Part shown: positions 1 to 14,134 of the stretch, piece by piece | How the letters are laid out: the number at the start of each line of letters is the position of its first letter | Numbering within the stretch: the stretch's first letter is position 1 | Source: Eledone cirrhosa | Lineage: Eukaryota | Length of the DNA: 64,000 nt | Assembly (NCBI GenBank): GCA_964016885.1 | Contig: OZ024741.1 | Coordinates: 151,404,001-151,468,000 of the forward strand | Direction of reading: 5' to 3' | Made by a program: the position numbers and the translations under genes | Notes under the pieces: generated by a model | Told to the model about the DNA's origin: nothing | Database searches by the model: none | What the model saw: only the letters and a program-made list of their open reading frames with translations

Positions 1-278
1 GATCATAGCATATCAGAGTCATCTAAAGATTCCTTAGTAATAACACTAAAAACCGTTTCAGAAGTAGTGGTGAAGAGTACATCCAATGTGTCGTCACCTC
101 TTGTTGGGGAGGTGACTACTTGGGACCAGTTCGAGTCCAGCACTAGCTGTATATCAGACTATTTCAATGTATGCTTCCTTCATATATCTGTGTATGTGTT
201 TATATATCTATATATATATATTATATACACATACGAATAAAACAGTTCTAGTCCTGTAGAAGTTATTTATATATTAAA

Positions 279-331
<53 letters not shown>

Positions 332-418
332 GTAAAAGGTAAACAGAAATAACAACACAATCGGTACAGTATATGGAAGGGATATATTAGGTAAGCGCTT
401 GATATAGCAGGAAGGGGG

Positions 419-453
419 TCTTAACGTTTCGGACGCTAGTCTTTCATTAGAAG
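419..453 (-). ncRNA. Minimal hammerhead motif, core variant CTAATGA, in a short PLE pLTR-like fragment (about 335-480)
   Basis: Minus strand reads ctt CTAATGA aagac tagc gtcc GAAACGTT aag. It is a homolog of the better copy at 7937-7970. Confidence 0.55.
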
Positions 454-578
454 AAAGAATGAGAAATAAGATAGATTGAGGGGGCGGGCGGGATGGAATT
501 TGAAAAAAACTCTTTAGATAAAAGTAAGTAACAGGTCCATTTATGTTGACATCTCTTGCAAAACTGTTGGTGCTGGCG

Positions 579-627
<49 letters not shown>

Positions 628-944
628 AACGAGTAGGACCCCGACGGCTGAGCTCTATATATATATATAATGTTTTGTGTGCGAGTGTTTATGTTAGGAG
701 TTTGCTAGTGTTCTTGTGTGCATCAGTGTATGTGTGACTGTGTGTGTGTATGCGTGTGTGTATGTATGTATGTCTATGTGTGTGTGTATGTGTGCACGCG
801 CGTGTGTTTGTGTGTATGTATAGCTGTTACGTCATTGCTGTTCCTTTAGCAACGAGACGATTCCACTGCTGTGTTAAGAGATAGCAAATTGAATAGCATT
901 CATAAGCCGACATTACGGTATTGTTTAACATGACAGATTGACTT

Positions 945-1215
945 TCATACAATCACATATAGTCACATATAGTCACATATAGTGAAGTGTTGCATCATAC
1001 AGTCACATAGACTCTCATATAATCACATACAATCTCACACAGTTACATACAGTCACATATTTTCACATACAGCCTCATATAGTTGCTTACAGTAACAACA
1101 AGTCACACATAATCGCTTAATGTTACATATAGTCTCATGTAGTCATATACAGTTTCAGACAGTCACATACAGTCTCGAAATATCACATGCAGTCACACAC
1201 AGCCACATTTAATTA
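945..1215. repeat. Degenerate 10-bp minisatellite (ACAGTCACAT-like)
   Basis: Recurrent agtcacatat/acagtcacat units at about 10-bp period. Confidence 0.8.
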
Positions 1216-1397
1216 CACACGTACTATATAGAATCAAGATTAGAAGGTCATTGGGGGGTCCAACCCTTTTACTTTGTTTTGCTGATTCTACCTGAGAATA
1301 AGGTTAATGATTCACCTTTCTGTGAAATATTCGGCTATTTTACAAGCTAATTTCATTATCATCATCATGATAATCTGCATATATATACACACACACA

Positions 1398-1497
<100 letters not shown>

Positions 1498-1520
1498 TGT
1501 ATACATATATATATATATAT

Positions 1521-2169
1521 ATTGTTATACTTGGGGAGGGACATATTGTTGTAATAATATTGCCAGAAATAATAACAGAACCCACTCACTGTTTGGTTGG
1601 TTTTCGCTTCTGTTTCATTTATATGTCCATAGTTAATTTATTTGGCAATCAATGTTTATCATTGATTGACCAACGGTTAAAAATACAGATATAAATATAT
1701 ATATATAGTCTATCAAAGTTCTTTCGTTGCGCATCTGCAACATCATCAAAGAACTTTGATAGACTATATACATATATATTTATATCTGTATTTTTAACCG
1801 TTGTCAAATAAATTAACTATGGAGATATAAAAGATACAGAAGCGAAAACCAACCAAACAGTGAGTGTGTTCTGTTATTATTTCTGGCAATATTATTACAA
1901 CAATATGCGGTGGATTGGCAGTATCGGTAGAGGGTCGGATGCCATGCTTTCCAGCATAGTTACGTCCCTTACGGTCTGAGTTCAAATCTCGCCGAGGTTA
2001 ACTTTGCCTTTCATCCTTACGGGGTCGATAAAATAAAGTACCAGTAATGTACTGGTTAATTGATGGCTTTGTGCCAAAAGTAGAAACAATTATTACAACA
2101 ATATGACCCTCCCCAACGATTACACACGATGACACGATTACATATCAAAAACCTTGCAAAACAAATTCA
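1521..2169. mobile_element. Fold-back pLTR-like element with an HHR-like core at the centre, interrupted by a SINE
   Basis: 1542-1724 is inverted at 1748-1907, and the match resumes after the SINE (ttggggaggg at 1531 vs ccctccccaa at 2107). The centre on minus reads TTGATGA t gttgc agatgc gcaac GAAA. Related sequence lies at about 18845-18930 and 22140-22230. Confidence 0.75.
1908..2088 (+). mobile_element. tRNA-derived SINE (main family, about 185 bp) with 17-bp TSD
   Basis: A box tggcagtatcgg, B box gagttcaaatc, central gcctttcatccttacggggtcgataaaa. TSD attattacaacaatatg at 1891-1907 and 2089-2105. Confidence 0.9.
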
Positions 2170-2451
2170 TATATATATATATATATATATATATCATTGT
2201 CGGTATTTTGATGTTGGTGGTTAACGTGACTGCGAGATATAGCAGTCAATGTATAGTCTGTTTCGACACATATTGTTACATTTCTGGATGAAAAGGCTGT
2301 TTGAAGAGACTGTTTCTATATTGCTGCTGATGGTCGAAATGGCTACAAGAAAACTTAGTAACATGGCGGTCTCTTGTGACAGGTGTTGATTGCATGTCCG
2401 ATCTAAAGACTGATCATCAAGCGTTGTTATTTGTAAGTGTGTGTTTCGCTT

Positions 2452-2627
2452 CAGTATTGGTAGAGAGTCGGAAGCCATGCTTTCCAGCATAGTTACGTCC
2501 CTTTACGGTCTGAGTTCAAATCCCGCCGAGGTTTTCTTTGCCTCTCATCCTTACGGGGTCGATAAAATAAAGTACCAGTAATGCACTGGGTAATTACTGG
2601 CCTTGTGCCTAAAGTAGAAATAATTAT
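2452..2627 (+). mobile_element. tRNA-derived SINE, main family, slightly 5'-truncated
   Basis: Near-identical to 1908-2088 and 51649-51835. Confidence 0.85.
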
Positions 2628-3499
2628 TGTTTTGAATAATATTTATGCTATTTTTACGTTCGACAAACGTTGCTTGTTGGCGTAATTGTTTGGCTATGAA
2701 ATAATTTAGTTCTGAGTAAAAGTTCGTCCCAATGTAGATTTATTCTGTTCATATAGCCAACAGAGGCAGTTATTTTTTTAACCATTTTATAACAATTAAA
2801 TGGTTGTTATTGAGTTCATAGTTTCTAGAAGATGCGATTTCTAGTTTCGGTTGCTTCGGTAAGTACAACTAAAATATTCTTCTGGTGGTTTTTCTTCAAT
2901 TCAGTGTTGTTGAAGTTCTCGTGTCAGTCATGGTGTTTATAGCAAATCCTTGTAAAGGGAATCCAATATTTAGATGGATATCTCAACAATTTCGAATAAA
3001 AGTTGTCTTCAGAGAACATCATCAGAGGACTATTCAGTTATTCAACAGAGTAGTTGTCGCATTACTGTTGGCGATTCACACGTTTCACACGCCATATGTG
3101 CGACTGCTTGCGTCAAGTGTATGATGTATGTATACATGCATGTATGTATGTATACATGTTTATATGCATGGGTGGATGCATGTATGAATGTATGTATATA
3201 TGTATGCATGTATGTATGTATATATGTACATATGTATGTTTATATGTATGAATGTGTGGAGGTATGCAAGTATGTACGTATCTATGTATTTCGCACTCTT
3301 TCCCTCCTCTCTCCCCACCCCCACATATATATACAAACAAAATGTAAGGTCAACAGAACGGAGCTGAGTGTTTTTATAGTAAATGAAAGACACTATTCAT
3401 TGAAGCTACTCATTAAGTGTGACAGTACATTAAGTTCTATTAGACAATATTCACAGAAGTCTTAAGGAAAGACGCTTGTCTCCAACAGATGTTCGCCTA

Positions 3500-4655
3500 C
3501 TGACTCTACTCCACCAGTAATTACAACACCACCAACACTAACAATAACAGCTACAACCATTAGCACCCCTAACAACTACAAGAGCATGACCCCCAACCCC
3601 ACCACCACTTACAGCAACAACTACAGCAGCATTAGTGCTATCATCACCACTAACGACAAAAATTACTACAGCACCACCATCATTAACAGCAACAACTGCA
3701 GCAACAGCGCCATCACTAACGCCACCAAATACAACACCATTAACAACTTACAACTACACCCCCACCATCACTTACACCACCAGCAACTACAATAATATCA
3801 CAGGCATGCCCTGTACTAAACCAACAACTGCAACCACTTCAACGGTTAGATTTCGTACATGATGAAACAACAACAACCATAGCTACAATAGCAACAACAA
3901 TAACAACAACCGCGTCAGCCACAACAACGACTGTATTAGCTATAGCAACAACAATAACAACAACCGCGTCAGCCACAACAACAACGACTGCATCAGTTAT
4001 AGCAACAACAATAACAACAACCGCGTCAGCCACAACAACGAGTGTATTAGCTATAGCAACAACAATAACAACAACCGCGTCAGCCACAACAACGACTGTA
4101 TTAGCTATAGCAACAACAATAACAACAACCGCGTCAGCCACAACAACAACGACTACATCAGTTATAGCAACAACAATAACAACAACCGCGTTACCACCAA
4201 CAAAAACGACTGCATCAGCTATAGCAGCAAAAATAACAACAGTTGCAGCACTAGCAACAACGATAACAGCAATAACAGCGTTACCACAACCACCAACTAC
4301 AACCACAATAGCACGATGAACAACAATTTCAACAGCTACAGTACCACCTCCAACTATATCGCCATCATCAAAACCTTATGCAGCATCACCTCCTACAACT
4401 TTAGCTACACCACCAGCAACTACAAATTCAACTACAGAAGTAGCAATGGCCGCACAACTACAACTACCAAGACTTCATACAATAGCAACTATAACAGTCA
4501 CAATAACAGCAACCACAACTACAACAATAACAACATTGCCACCACCACCACTACCAACAACAACAACAAATGCTATCGTTGCAAAAGGATGAAGCCACGA
4601 CTACAATAGCAACAACCACAATAACGACCAGTATTACTATTTCTACTACTGCTAG
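3500..4655. repeat. (ACA/ACC)-rich low-complexity tract containing a 57-60 bp tandem (about 3880-4250)
   Basis: Repeated tagcaacaacaataacaacaaccgcgtcagccacaacaacgact units. Confidence 0.85.
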
Positions 4656-5006
4656 TACTCGGAGCCATTAGGGCCCCAGGTTCGGATTGGCATTTTAAGC
4701 AAGTGTCATTTACATTGCTCTCGAGTCGTTCATGTGAGTGAAATTGGGTTATTAACGGAATCTATTTTAAAACCTTTTGGATGGTTTGTATCTGTAATTC
4801 AAAGGCCACACATGTCACACAATGTGTGACGGTGAATCACAGTAAGAATAACGTTAATGGTTACACTTGTATGTGGAATGCTCAGTCACTTACACGTTAA
4901 TTTCATGAGAACGATGATCACTTTATCGAACAATTGGAACGCTGATCGTCAACTCTGACGGAGGTTTCCTCTAGTCTATACTATAACAACAACAACAACA
5001 ACAACA

Positions 5007-5063
<57 letters not shown>

Positions 5064-5331
5064 GGCTCTGCTGTTACTGCTACTGTTACTAGTACTGCAG
5101 ATTTAAGGATGCTAAGTGACTAAAGTTAAGCGTTCATAAACAATGATGATATGTTTAGTCAGTAAAAAAGCTGTGTGGCCCTTTCTTACTTTCCGTGTCG
5201 TATGTCTTTCATTCTCACGCACTGGATATATAGATGTATGCACAATGTATGTGTGTATGTATGTATGTATGTATGTATGTATGTGTATGTATGTATGTAT
5301 GTATGTATGTATGTATGTATGTATGTATGTA

Positions 5332-6025
5332 TGTCCTGGGTATAACATTAAACTACATCCAGTGGCAAGGCTACAGTTCGGGAGTTCAGGAGTTGTGGGG
5401 AATGTGGAGTTACCCCTTAGTTGTCATAACTCCCAGGTCTGCCCTGGCCCGGGGTGGTAGTACCTGTTAGAGCTCCATTTATGGGTTAAATAACTACCTT
5501 ATTCGAGTGGCGCCTGTAAGGTATTGTCAGCCATTGAAAAGAAATATGGAGAGTCGATCTAACAGCACTAGGGTTAGAGCCCCTAATTACACTGTCAAGG
5601 AGCAGCCTGGTCGTTATGACTCTGCTGGCTTAGAGCCACAGAGAGGGCCAGTGGATGATGGATCAGCTGTCTCTGAGACAAATATAAAGAATGCTGTTTT
5701 GTCCTGCAGAAGAGCCATGAAAATGAGCACTTTGAATGTGAGGACTATTCGGACGCTGGAGAAGAGAGAGGAGTTGGGACATCTGTTCGAGGAGAGTGGT
5801 ATACAGATACTTGCGATCCAAGAACACAGGATCCTACACGATGAGCCCGTGAGGAGTGTGATGATCGGGAAGAGGAGCCAGCTCATCACTACATCGGCAG
5901 TGAAGAACACAACAAATTCCTCAGTAGGAGGAGTGGGTTTTGTGTTCAGTGCAAAAACCAATCTGTTGGTGAGGAAAATAATGACTATCTCCTCGCGAGT
6001 GTTGAGGGTGACCTTCAATGGAAAC

Positions 6026-6029
<4 letters not shown>
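5332..6029 (+). mobile_element. RTE LINE 5' fragment (5' UTR and start of APE endonuclease), 3'-truncated
   Basis: Closely similar to 30025-30722. ORF 5507-6061 has MSTLNVRT, ILAIQEHR and GGVGFV, then runs into (TA)n. Confidence 0.9.
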
Positions 6030-6061
<32 letters not shown>

Positions 6062-6102
6062 TTCAAAATATTAACAAAAATAGACATTCGTGTGATCAAG
6101 TA

Positions 6103-6169
6103 TATTTTATTATACATATTTCAGAGGTACTGAGCTATCTTCAACAGTACGTCCTCATCAGATAAAATA
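6103..6169 (-). ncRNA. Type-I hammerhead motif, Naiad-pLTR type
   Basis: Minus strand reads attttat CTGATGA ggac gtactg..cagtac ctct GAAA tatgta TA ataaaat. Stem I is the same as in the HHR at the end of the Naiad element (46029). Confidence 0.75.
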
Positions 6170-6317
6170 AGAATGATGCATGACATACCCTGACTAAGTA
6201 GATGGTTAAAATTCAGTCATTAATATTAATAACTCCGGAAGACCAATACTGTGGAGTGCCTCTAATCTATTGTAAAACTTTATTCTTTGATATATTTATT
6301 GAACCTTGTTTAACCTT

Positions 6318-6383
<66 letters not shown>

Positions 6384-6703
6384 GTCGGCATTGTTGAGGC
6401 TTCCAGAACGACTATTTATATATATATATATATATATATATTTACTTATATACATTATAAATATACATATATATATATATACATATATATGTGCGTGTAT
6501 ATTTACTTATAGCTATGCACTGACGTAAGAACATTACATTGAATATTAGAGCAAATACACAAATATAGGAAGATTATTTAATATGGCGTCGCAACGAGAT
6601 AGTTTTGGCAAACAACGATTTGATAGTGTTTTTGACACGAATTCAAGCTTTAGTAAATTTTACATCAAATGATGATTCATATTGCAACCATAGATGTACA
6701 GGA

Positions 6704-6793
<90 letters not shown>

Positions 6794-6951
6794 GGACATT
6801 AATCAAACTTCTTTCTTCCATCGTGTTTATGTAATAATATATATTCTCGATACACTTCATATGATACGGTATTAATCTGTCTGTCTGTTTGTCTACCTCT
6901 TTCTATCCCCCCCTCTCTCTCTCTCTCTCTCTCTCGCACCCACACTCTCAT

Positions 6952-7009
<58 letters not shown>

Positions 7010-7194
7010 TATATATATATATATAATCTTTCTCTCTCAGCTCTTCTACCATCTATCTCTTTAGTTTCGCCCGTTTATATCTTGTATGCAACAGATTCTT
7101 GCAAACTCTTGAAATATGGCAACATCAGCGAATTCTTAGGTGCAATTGTGCGTGTGTGTAAGTGTGTAAGTGTGTAAGTGTGTGTATTTATATG

Positions 7195-7229
<35 letters not shown>

Positions 7230-7232
7230 GTG

Positions 7233-7263
<31 letters not shown>

Positions 7264-7563
7264 TGTGCGTGTGTGCGTGTATGCGTGTGTGTATGTGTGT
7301 GTGTGTGTGAATCTATGTATATATGTGTGTGTGCATATGAATATATATATGTATATTAATTATATATAGAATTATAAATGTAGTTATATATGTATCTATC
7401 GTCCACTCGACCGGTATCTCTGGGAGTATGTGTATGTAAGAAGGAGGAGCCCTGTTGAACCAAGATAAATAAACGTTATAGCCGATGAGCTAATGTTTAT
7501 ATAATATCCAGTTTCGTAAAAACATTTTTCCCCTGAAAACACAAAACACCCCTAACCCCTCAC

Positions 7564-7642
<79 letters not shown>

Positions 7643-7654
7643 GACGAGAGAAAT

Positions 7655-7685
<31 letters not shown>

Positions 7686-7807
7686 GAGAGGAGAGAGAGG
7701 ACAAACAGACAGAGAGATAGACATATAGAGCCCCCCCCCTATATATATACATATATATATATTAATATACATATAAATTATATTATATATATATATATGT
7801 GTGTGTG

Positions 7808-7852
<45 letters not shown>

Positions 7853-7936
7853 AAAAAGTAAACAGTGAATAGCAAAGCAAACAACACAGTACAATGAAGT
7901 ACATTATTTTATCGCTTGATATTGTATGGAAAGAGG

Positions 7937-7970
7937 CTTAACGTTTCGGACACTAGTCCTTCATCAGAAG
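7937..7970 (-). ncRNA. Minimal type-I hammerhead motif
   Basis: Minus strand reads ctt CTGATGA a ggac tagt gtcc GAAACGTT aag. Palindromic AACGTT replaces stem III. Confidence 0.8.
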
Positions 7971-8282
7971 ATAAGAATAAGAAATAAAAGATGAAAGAGA
8001 AAGATAGAGAGAGTGAGAGAAGGAGAGAAACGGGGAGAAAAAAAATATATATGAGGTTTATAGTTAAATACTTCATATTTTCATTTTCATTGTAAGGTGA
8101 GTTAAGCTCAATACACTTTTTTTACCATTTGTTTTTCAGAAGCTAACATACGGTGGATGAGTAAAGGGCAATTACAGTAGCAGAGTATTTACTATTCAAA
8201 AATTAATAAGACCAAGGATTAGTGTGATTATTATTATTATTTATTTATATATTGCTAGTTATATTAATATATATATATATAT

Positions 8283-8313
<31 letters not shown>

Positions 8314-9333
8314 ATATATATATCTGTAGTGCTGAGACCGAGGAGACCACTAATCATGGGAGTACTCAATGCATGGGAGTTACAGAGTGGTTTATTTATA
8401 TATATATATATATTTATATTTATACACAGTATAAATGTGCTAGTTGTTGAGTTTTTCACGGACATTAGTACTGCTGACATCATTTCCAAGCTGAATCAAT
8501 GTGACACAATATATTACAAGCCTTGCCCTTTGAATTACATGTTCAGCCCATGAGACCTACCTCGTTATAATTTCTGTCTATTCAATTTCTTCACTCAAAA
8601 GAGTTTAGTCAAATCGAGACAATGGCAGAGGTACTTGACGAAGATCCCCCACACTAGGATGAACTCAGGACCGCAAGATTGCGAAACGGATTTCTTAAGC
8701 GGACAGTTAAGTAAGAGAGCTCTGGCGGACATTTCAGCCAATACATAGAGGCTTCCTCAGTGAAGCCACCTATCGCTGCTTAAAATTACCAAAGGGGGAT
8801 TATTATTGTAGTCTTTCACTCGTTTCGGTCATTTTATTGTAGCCTTACTGGAGCATCGTCTAAGGGGGATAGGTGCCATGAAATCCATATTTCCAAATTC
8901 AAGAGGCTCACATATTTTATATAATTTGTAAAGATTTATAAAATATGGTTCATATTTCAATATTTTCCAAACCAAATAATGTGTACTACTAAATTTTAAA
9001 CCTTAACATAAACAGTAAGTTGTTAGTTATACACCTAGGGATAATTTTACTGAATTGGTTAACTGCATTCTCCGTATCTCATCTACATCAATCCAACCGT
9101 TGCATGGAAAGCCGTGTGGTATCCATTCCGGCGTTGTGAATTCTGTGTTCAAATCCTAACGCTAGTAACCGAAGGCAACAAAAACAGGATTTTGTGAAGA
9201 GGTAAGAAGCTGGGGTGTGATTAAGAAGCTCTTACACAAGTATCCAGCACAGGCGCTTGCAGGAGAGTACGCATTCATGTCTTCTCCAATATCTCATTCT
9301 CTCTTGCTCATCCTCTCTACATTTATGTGATAT

Positions 9334-9385
<52 letters not shown>

Positions 9386-9685
9386 GTATATGTGTGTGTG
9401 GGGGGTGGGGGGGTAGTGAGGATGTGTGTATACATATATATTCATGCTATCTGATTGGTGGTAAATTATTGTAGTTTGTCCAGTTAAAATTTCTATCAAA
9501 TTTTCGCGTATTACTTAAATTTATGTATTACTTAAGTTTATCGTAAAAACATTTATATTATAATATATATGCATTTACGCATTTTGCATATACACATGAA
9601 AACACACACTCGTACACACCAACACAAACATAGAGAGAGACTCAGCAACTATCATATTACATAATTTATATAGTACTCATTCACT

Positions 9686-10062
<377 letters not shown>

Positions 10063-10439
10063 ATGTATATATGGTATACAGTATAGACATATATGTATGT
10101 ATATATGATTCAAACCTTTAATCAAACTGATAGGAAATATAACTACTCAAAAAGATCCGACTTGGAAAGTTTAATCATATGTATTGAAAACTAGAAACTT
10201 GTTTAACCGAGGGCGCTTCAAATCTAGCATCTAGAGCATATGCCTAAATCTGTAGCTATTGAAGTATACTTGTATATGTGAGTTCATAAAATATATACCC
10301 ATATTATATGCATATATAAATAGATACAATTCAAGTGCCTATATGCCTTAGTCTGTGATATTTTAAGCCTCCTTGGAGTAAACAATTCAAATTACAATAT
10401 ACAGAGACACATATATATACGCACATGTATATATGAATA

Positions 10440-10524
<85 letters not shown>

Positions 10525-10529
<5 letters not shown>

Positions 10530-10940
10530 ATATTAACAAATGGAAACTATATTTATAAAACCATATTTATTTCATTATACATATTTCAAGGACACCAAAG
10601 CAAATTATGGTGCGCTTTCATCAGATAAAATATAATATAGATCAGTTTTATAAACAAATATTGACATACCATATCCGGGAGCTTCCAACCGACATGGTCG
10701 CATTCTTTAAGGGTATGTCAATAATTGTTTATAAAACTGATCTATATTATATTTTATCTGATGAAAGCGCACCATAATTTGCTTTGGTGTCCTTGAAATA
10801 TGTATAATGAAATAAATATGGTTTTATAATTATAGTTTCCATTTGTTAATATATTGTACTTTTACTCCAAAAATGTGTTGAGTGCTTTATATAAGTTATA
10901 AAAATATTTGCTTGTATCCCAACAAATTAAATATAACTTC

Positions 10941-10942
<2 letters not shown>
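10525..10942 (+). mobile_element. Fold-back Naiad-pLTR-like element with an HHR in each arm (10569-10631 minus, 10751-10813 plus)
   Basis: About 135-bp inverted arms (10525-10660 / 10712-10857). HHR reads attttat CTGATGA aagcgcacca..tggtgtcctt GAAA tatgta TA atgaaat. The 3' extension tactccaaaaatgtgttgagtgct resembles 33381-33465 and the Naiad start at 42593. Confidence 0.85.
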
Positions 10943-10976
<34 letters not shown>

Positions 10977-11239
10977 TTTTCCCTCTGTGTGTATGTGTGC
11001 GTGTGTGTGTGTGTTTGTGTATGTGTGTGTGTGTGTATGTGTGTGTGTGTGTTTTTGTGTGTATGCGTGCATATGTATGTATACATATGTATATGTACAT
11101 GCGCTGCTGAGTATGTAGATATATGAACATTAAAAAATTGTTTATGCCAAATTTCTGTTTATGAGAAAAATAATATCGCCTAAAATGTAATGTTTTCCGT
11201 TTTTATTCTTCGTCTAATAGTCCTGTTTTTGATTTACCA

Positions 11240-11643
11240 TAGTTTCCGATAATACGCAGTCAATATACATAAATACATACTTCCGTACATATACATATAT
11301 ATATATATATATATATGTAGGCAAATATATATAATCTGAGACACACACACTCATATACATATTTCTGTGTGTATAGTTTCCGATAATACGCAGTGAATAT
11401 ACATAAATACATACTTCCGTACATATACATATATATATTTATATATATATGTAGGCAAATATATATAATCTGAGACACACACACTCATATACATATTTCT
11501 GTGTGTATAGTTTCCGATAATACGCAGTGAATATACATACATACATACTTCCGTACATATACATATATATATATTTATATATATATGTAGGCAAATAAAT
11601 ATAATCTGAGACACACACACTCATACATATTTCTGTGTGTATA
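11240..11643. repeat. 134-bp tandem repeat, 3 copies
   Basis: tagtttccgataatacgcagt recurs at 11240, 11374 and 11508. Confidence 0.9.
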
Positions 11644-11950
11644 AGTTCGTTTGTGTGAGTAGGTGTGTGCTATAAAGAGACAGAGAGGGAGAAGGTGTGG
11701 AGAGGAATAGAGACGGTGAGAAAGTTAGTGATAAAGAAAGAACAAAGACATATACAAAAATAAATACATTATATATACATATACATATATATATATAGAG
11801 AGAGAGAGGGCGTCAAACATTTCACCTTATAAACCAAACCTTTTTAATAACCAAAATTGTGAATTCTCTCTATATATCTATATTGACGTATATATGACTA
11901 TGTAAGTATGTATGTATGTATGTATGTATGTATGTATGTATGTATGTATG

Positions 11951-11981
<31 letters not shown>

Positions 11982-12069
11982 GTATGTATGTATGTATGTA
12001 TGTATGTATAAATGTATATACATAATCAGACACGCTCATATATACATAGACAGATAAATAGAAGTAAAG

Positions 12070-12372
12070 AAAGAAAGAAGAAGAAGAAGAAGAAGAAGAA
12101 GAAGAAGAAGAAGAAGAAGAAGAAGAAGAAGAAGAGAGAAGAGAAGAAGAAGAAAGAAGAAGAGAAGAAGAAGAAGAAGAAGAAGAAGAAGAAGAAGAAG
12201 AAGAAGGCGGAGGAGGAGAAGAAGAAGAAGAAGAAGAAGAAGAAGAAGAAGAAGAAGAAGAAGGAGGCGGAGGAGAAGAAGAAGAAGAAGAAGAAGAAGA
12301 AGAAGAAGAAGAAGAAGAAGAAGAAGAAGAAGAAGAAGAAGAAGAAGAAGAAGAAAGAAGAAGAAGAAGAGG
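12070..12372. repeat. (AAG)n microsatellite
   Basis: Direct reading; it is the source of the poly-K and poly-F ORFs. Confidence 0.95.
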
Positions 12373-12904
12373 AATATTGATAATAAGACGTGTGATTATA
12401 AATGAGAAGAAGATGAGGTGTTTTCATCATTGAAAGAGAGATACGTTTGATCGTGTCTCCTTAGGTAAATCATGTCTTAACAGTCTTTCTTAGCTAATCA
12501 AGATTGACACAATAACTATCACCCTGTCCTTCATACATACACAGCACTGACTGTATCAGCAGGACGAACTAAGACAAACAAAACATAATGAAACAATTAT
12601 AAGTTGTTAATACATAATCTAAGCTTTGTGTTGCAGATGTGTTTACCAATGGCGGCGTTTTGTATGCATTTATATATGTATATATGTATGTGTGTGTGTG
12701 TATGAATGTATGTAGGTATCTATTCTTATATGTATATATGAATACGTGTATGAATGCATGCATGCTTGCTGCTTGCATATACGTATACATATATGTGAAT
12801 TTACGTATGTATGCATATATAAGTATATATATCCATGTATAAGTATATATATGTTTATATAAGTATATATATATATATATATATGTGTGTATACATATAA
12901 GTAT

Positions 12905-13110
12905 CTAAAGTCTAAAGTCTAAAGTCTGTCTTAAGCTGGAAGGCTCATTTTGCCGGTGCCTACCCCGGTTTCATGGTGACTGAGAGTGCAAGATTCCACC
13001 CTGGACAGGACGCCAGATATTGGCGGTGCTTATTTTCAGCTGAGTATACTGGAGCAACCTCAAATTAAGTGTATTGCTCAAGAACACAAAACGCAACCCA
13101 GGAATCGGAT
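12905..13110 (-). mobile_element. CORE-like SINE, 5'-truncated, with (TTTAGAC)n tail
   Basis: Minus strand has gtgttcttgagcaatacacttaa..gctccagtatactcagctgaaaataag (CORE-like by recognition). aagtcta repeats at 12905-12928. Confidence 0.55.
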
Positions 13111-13126
13111 ATAAGTATATATATAC

Positions 13127-13251
<125 letters not shown>

Positions 13252-13340
13252 GAACACTGAAAGGTAATATCCGTAGTGGTCGAGCACTCAGTCCATGGGA
13301 CGAGTTTGATAGAGGTAGTAGACAACAGTTAGTTCACCAA

Positions 13341-13383
13341 ACCGAGAACAGTTGTTTCACCTTATGCAGATCTTCAGTTCGGT
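13341..13383 (-). ncRNA. Type-I hammerhead motif with a tiny fold-back at its 5' edge
   Basis: Minus strand reads accgaa CTGAAGA tctgcataaggt GAAAC aact GTT ctcggt. Hairpin agatcttcagttcgg/ccgagctgaagatct at 13368-13398. Confidence 0.65.
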
Positions 13384-13402
13384 CCGAGCTGAAGATCTGA
13401 AG

Positions 13403-13615
13403 TCAATACTTAGGGTAGTAGAGTGGGTAATAGGAACGAGTAGGACCCCGACGGCTGACCTCAAGCCGTTTCGACGGCTAAAGAATTAGCCGTCGAAACG
13501 GCTTGAGCTCAGCCGTCCGGGTCCTACTCGTTCCTATTACCCACTCTACTACCCTAAGTATTGAGTACTTTGGTGCGTTATGGTCCACCTGGTTCCTTAC
13601 CACATTTCCTTCGTT
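13403..13615 (+). mobile_element. Family D fold-back mini-element
   Basis: Arms 13403-13480 / 13487-13564 are centred on gacggcta-aagaat-tagccgtc. It ends in ccttcgt(TA)n. Confidence 0.85.
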
Positions 13616-13749
13616 ATATATATATATATATATTCTTAAAATGACTCCAGTTGCATTTTCGATTTCTTTTCTTTATACTTTAACCCATATAGCACATCAC
13701 GTTTTTTTTTCGTTTTCTTCTGTTTTTTTTTATAAAAAAAACTCATTTT

Positions 13750-13798
<49 letters not shown>

Positions 13799-13801
13799 TA
13801 A

Positions 13802-13839
<38 letters not shown>

Positions 13840-14071
13840 GGAGGGGGGAGAGAAAGATATATTAAAAGTCTATTTCGAGAACTAATGACAATGAAGTTGT
13901 TTTTCCTGTTGATGTTACCGTTTTGTGTTATATATCAATGTTGTCCCTTATTCGTCTGTTTCTTTTTCACCCTATCTGTTTCCAATTTTGCAATTATCTA
14001 TCTATCTATCTATCTATCTATTTATCTAGAAATCTATCTATTTATCTATCTATCTTTCTATTTATCTGTCA

Positions 14072-14130
<59 letters not shown>

Positions 14131-14134
<4 letters not shown>

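Noticed and set aside
3500-4655. Mucin-like Thr/Ala-rich exon
   Set aside because: Plus-strand frames are broken by stops and shifts, there is no splice or domain evidence, and it fits a trinucleotide-derived minisatellite. It cannot be fully excluded without RNA data.
11240-11643. CRISPR-like array
   Set aside because: Whole units are duplicated with no unique spacers, and the context is eukaryotic.
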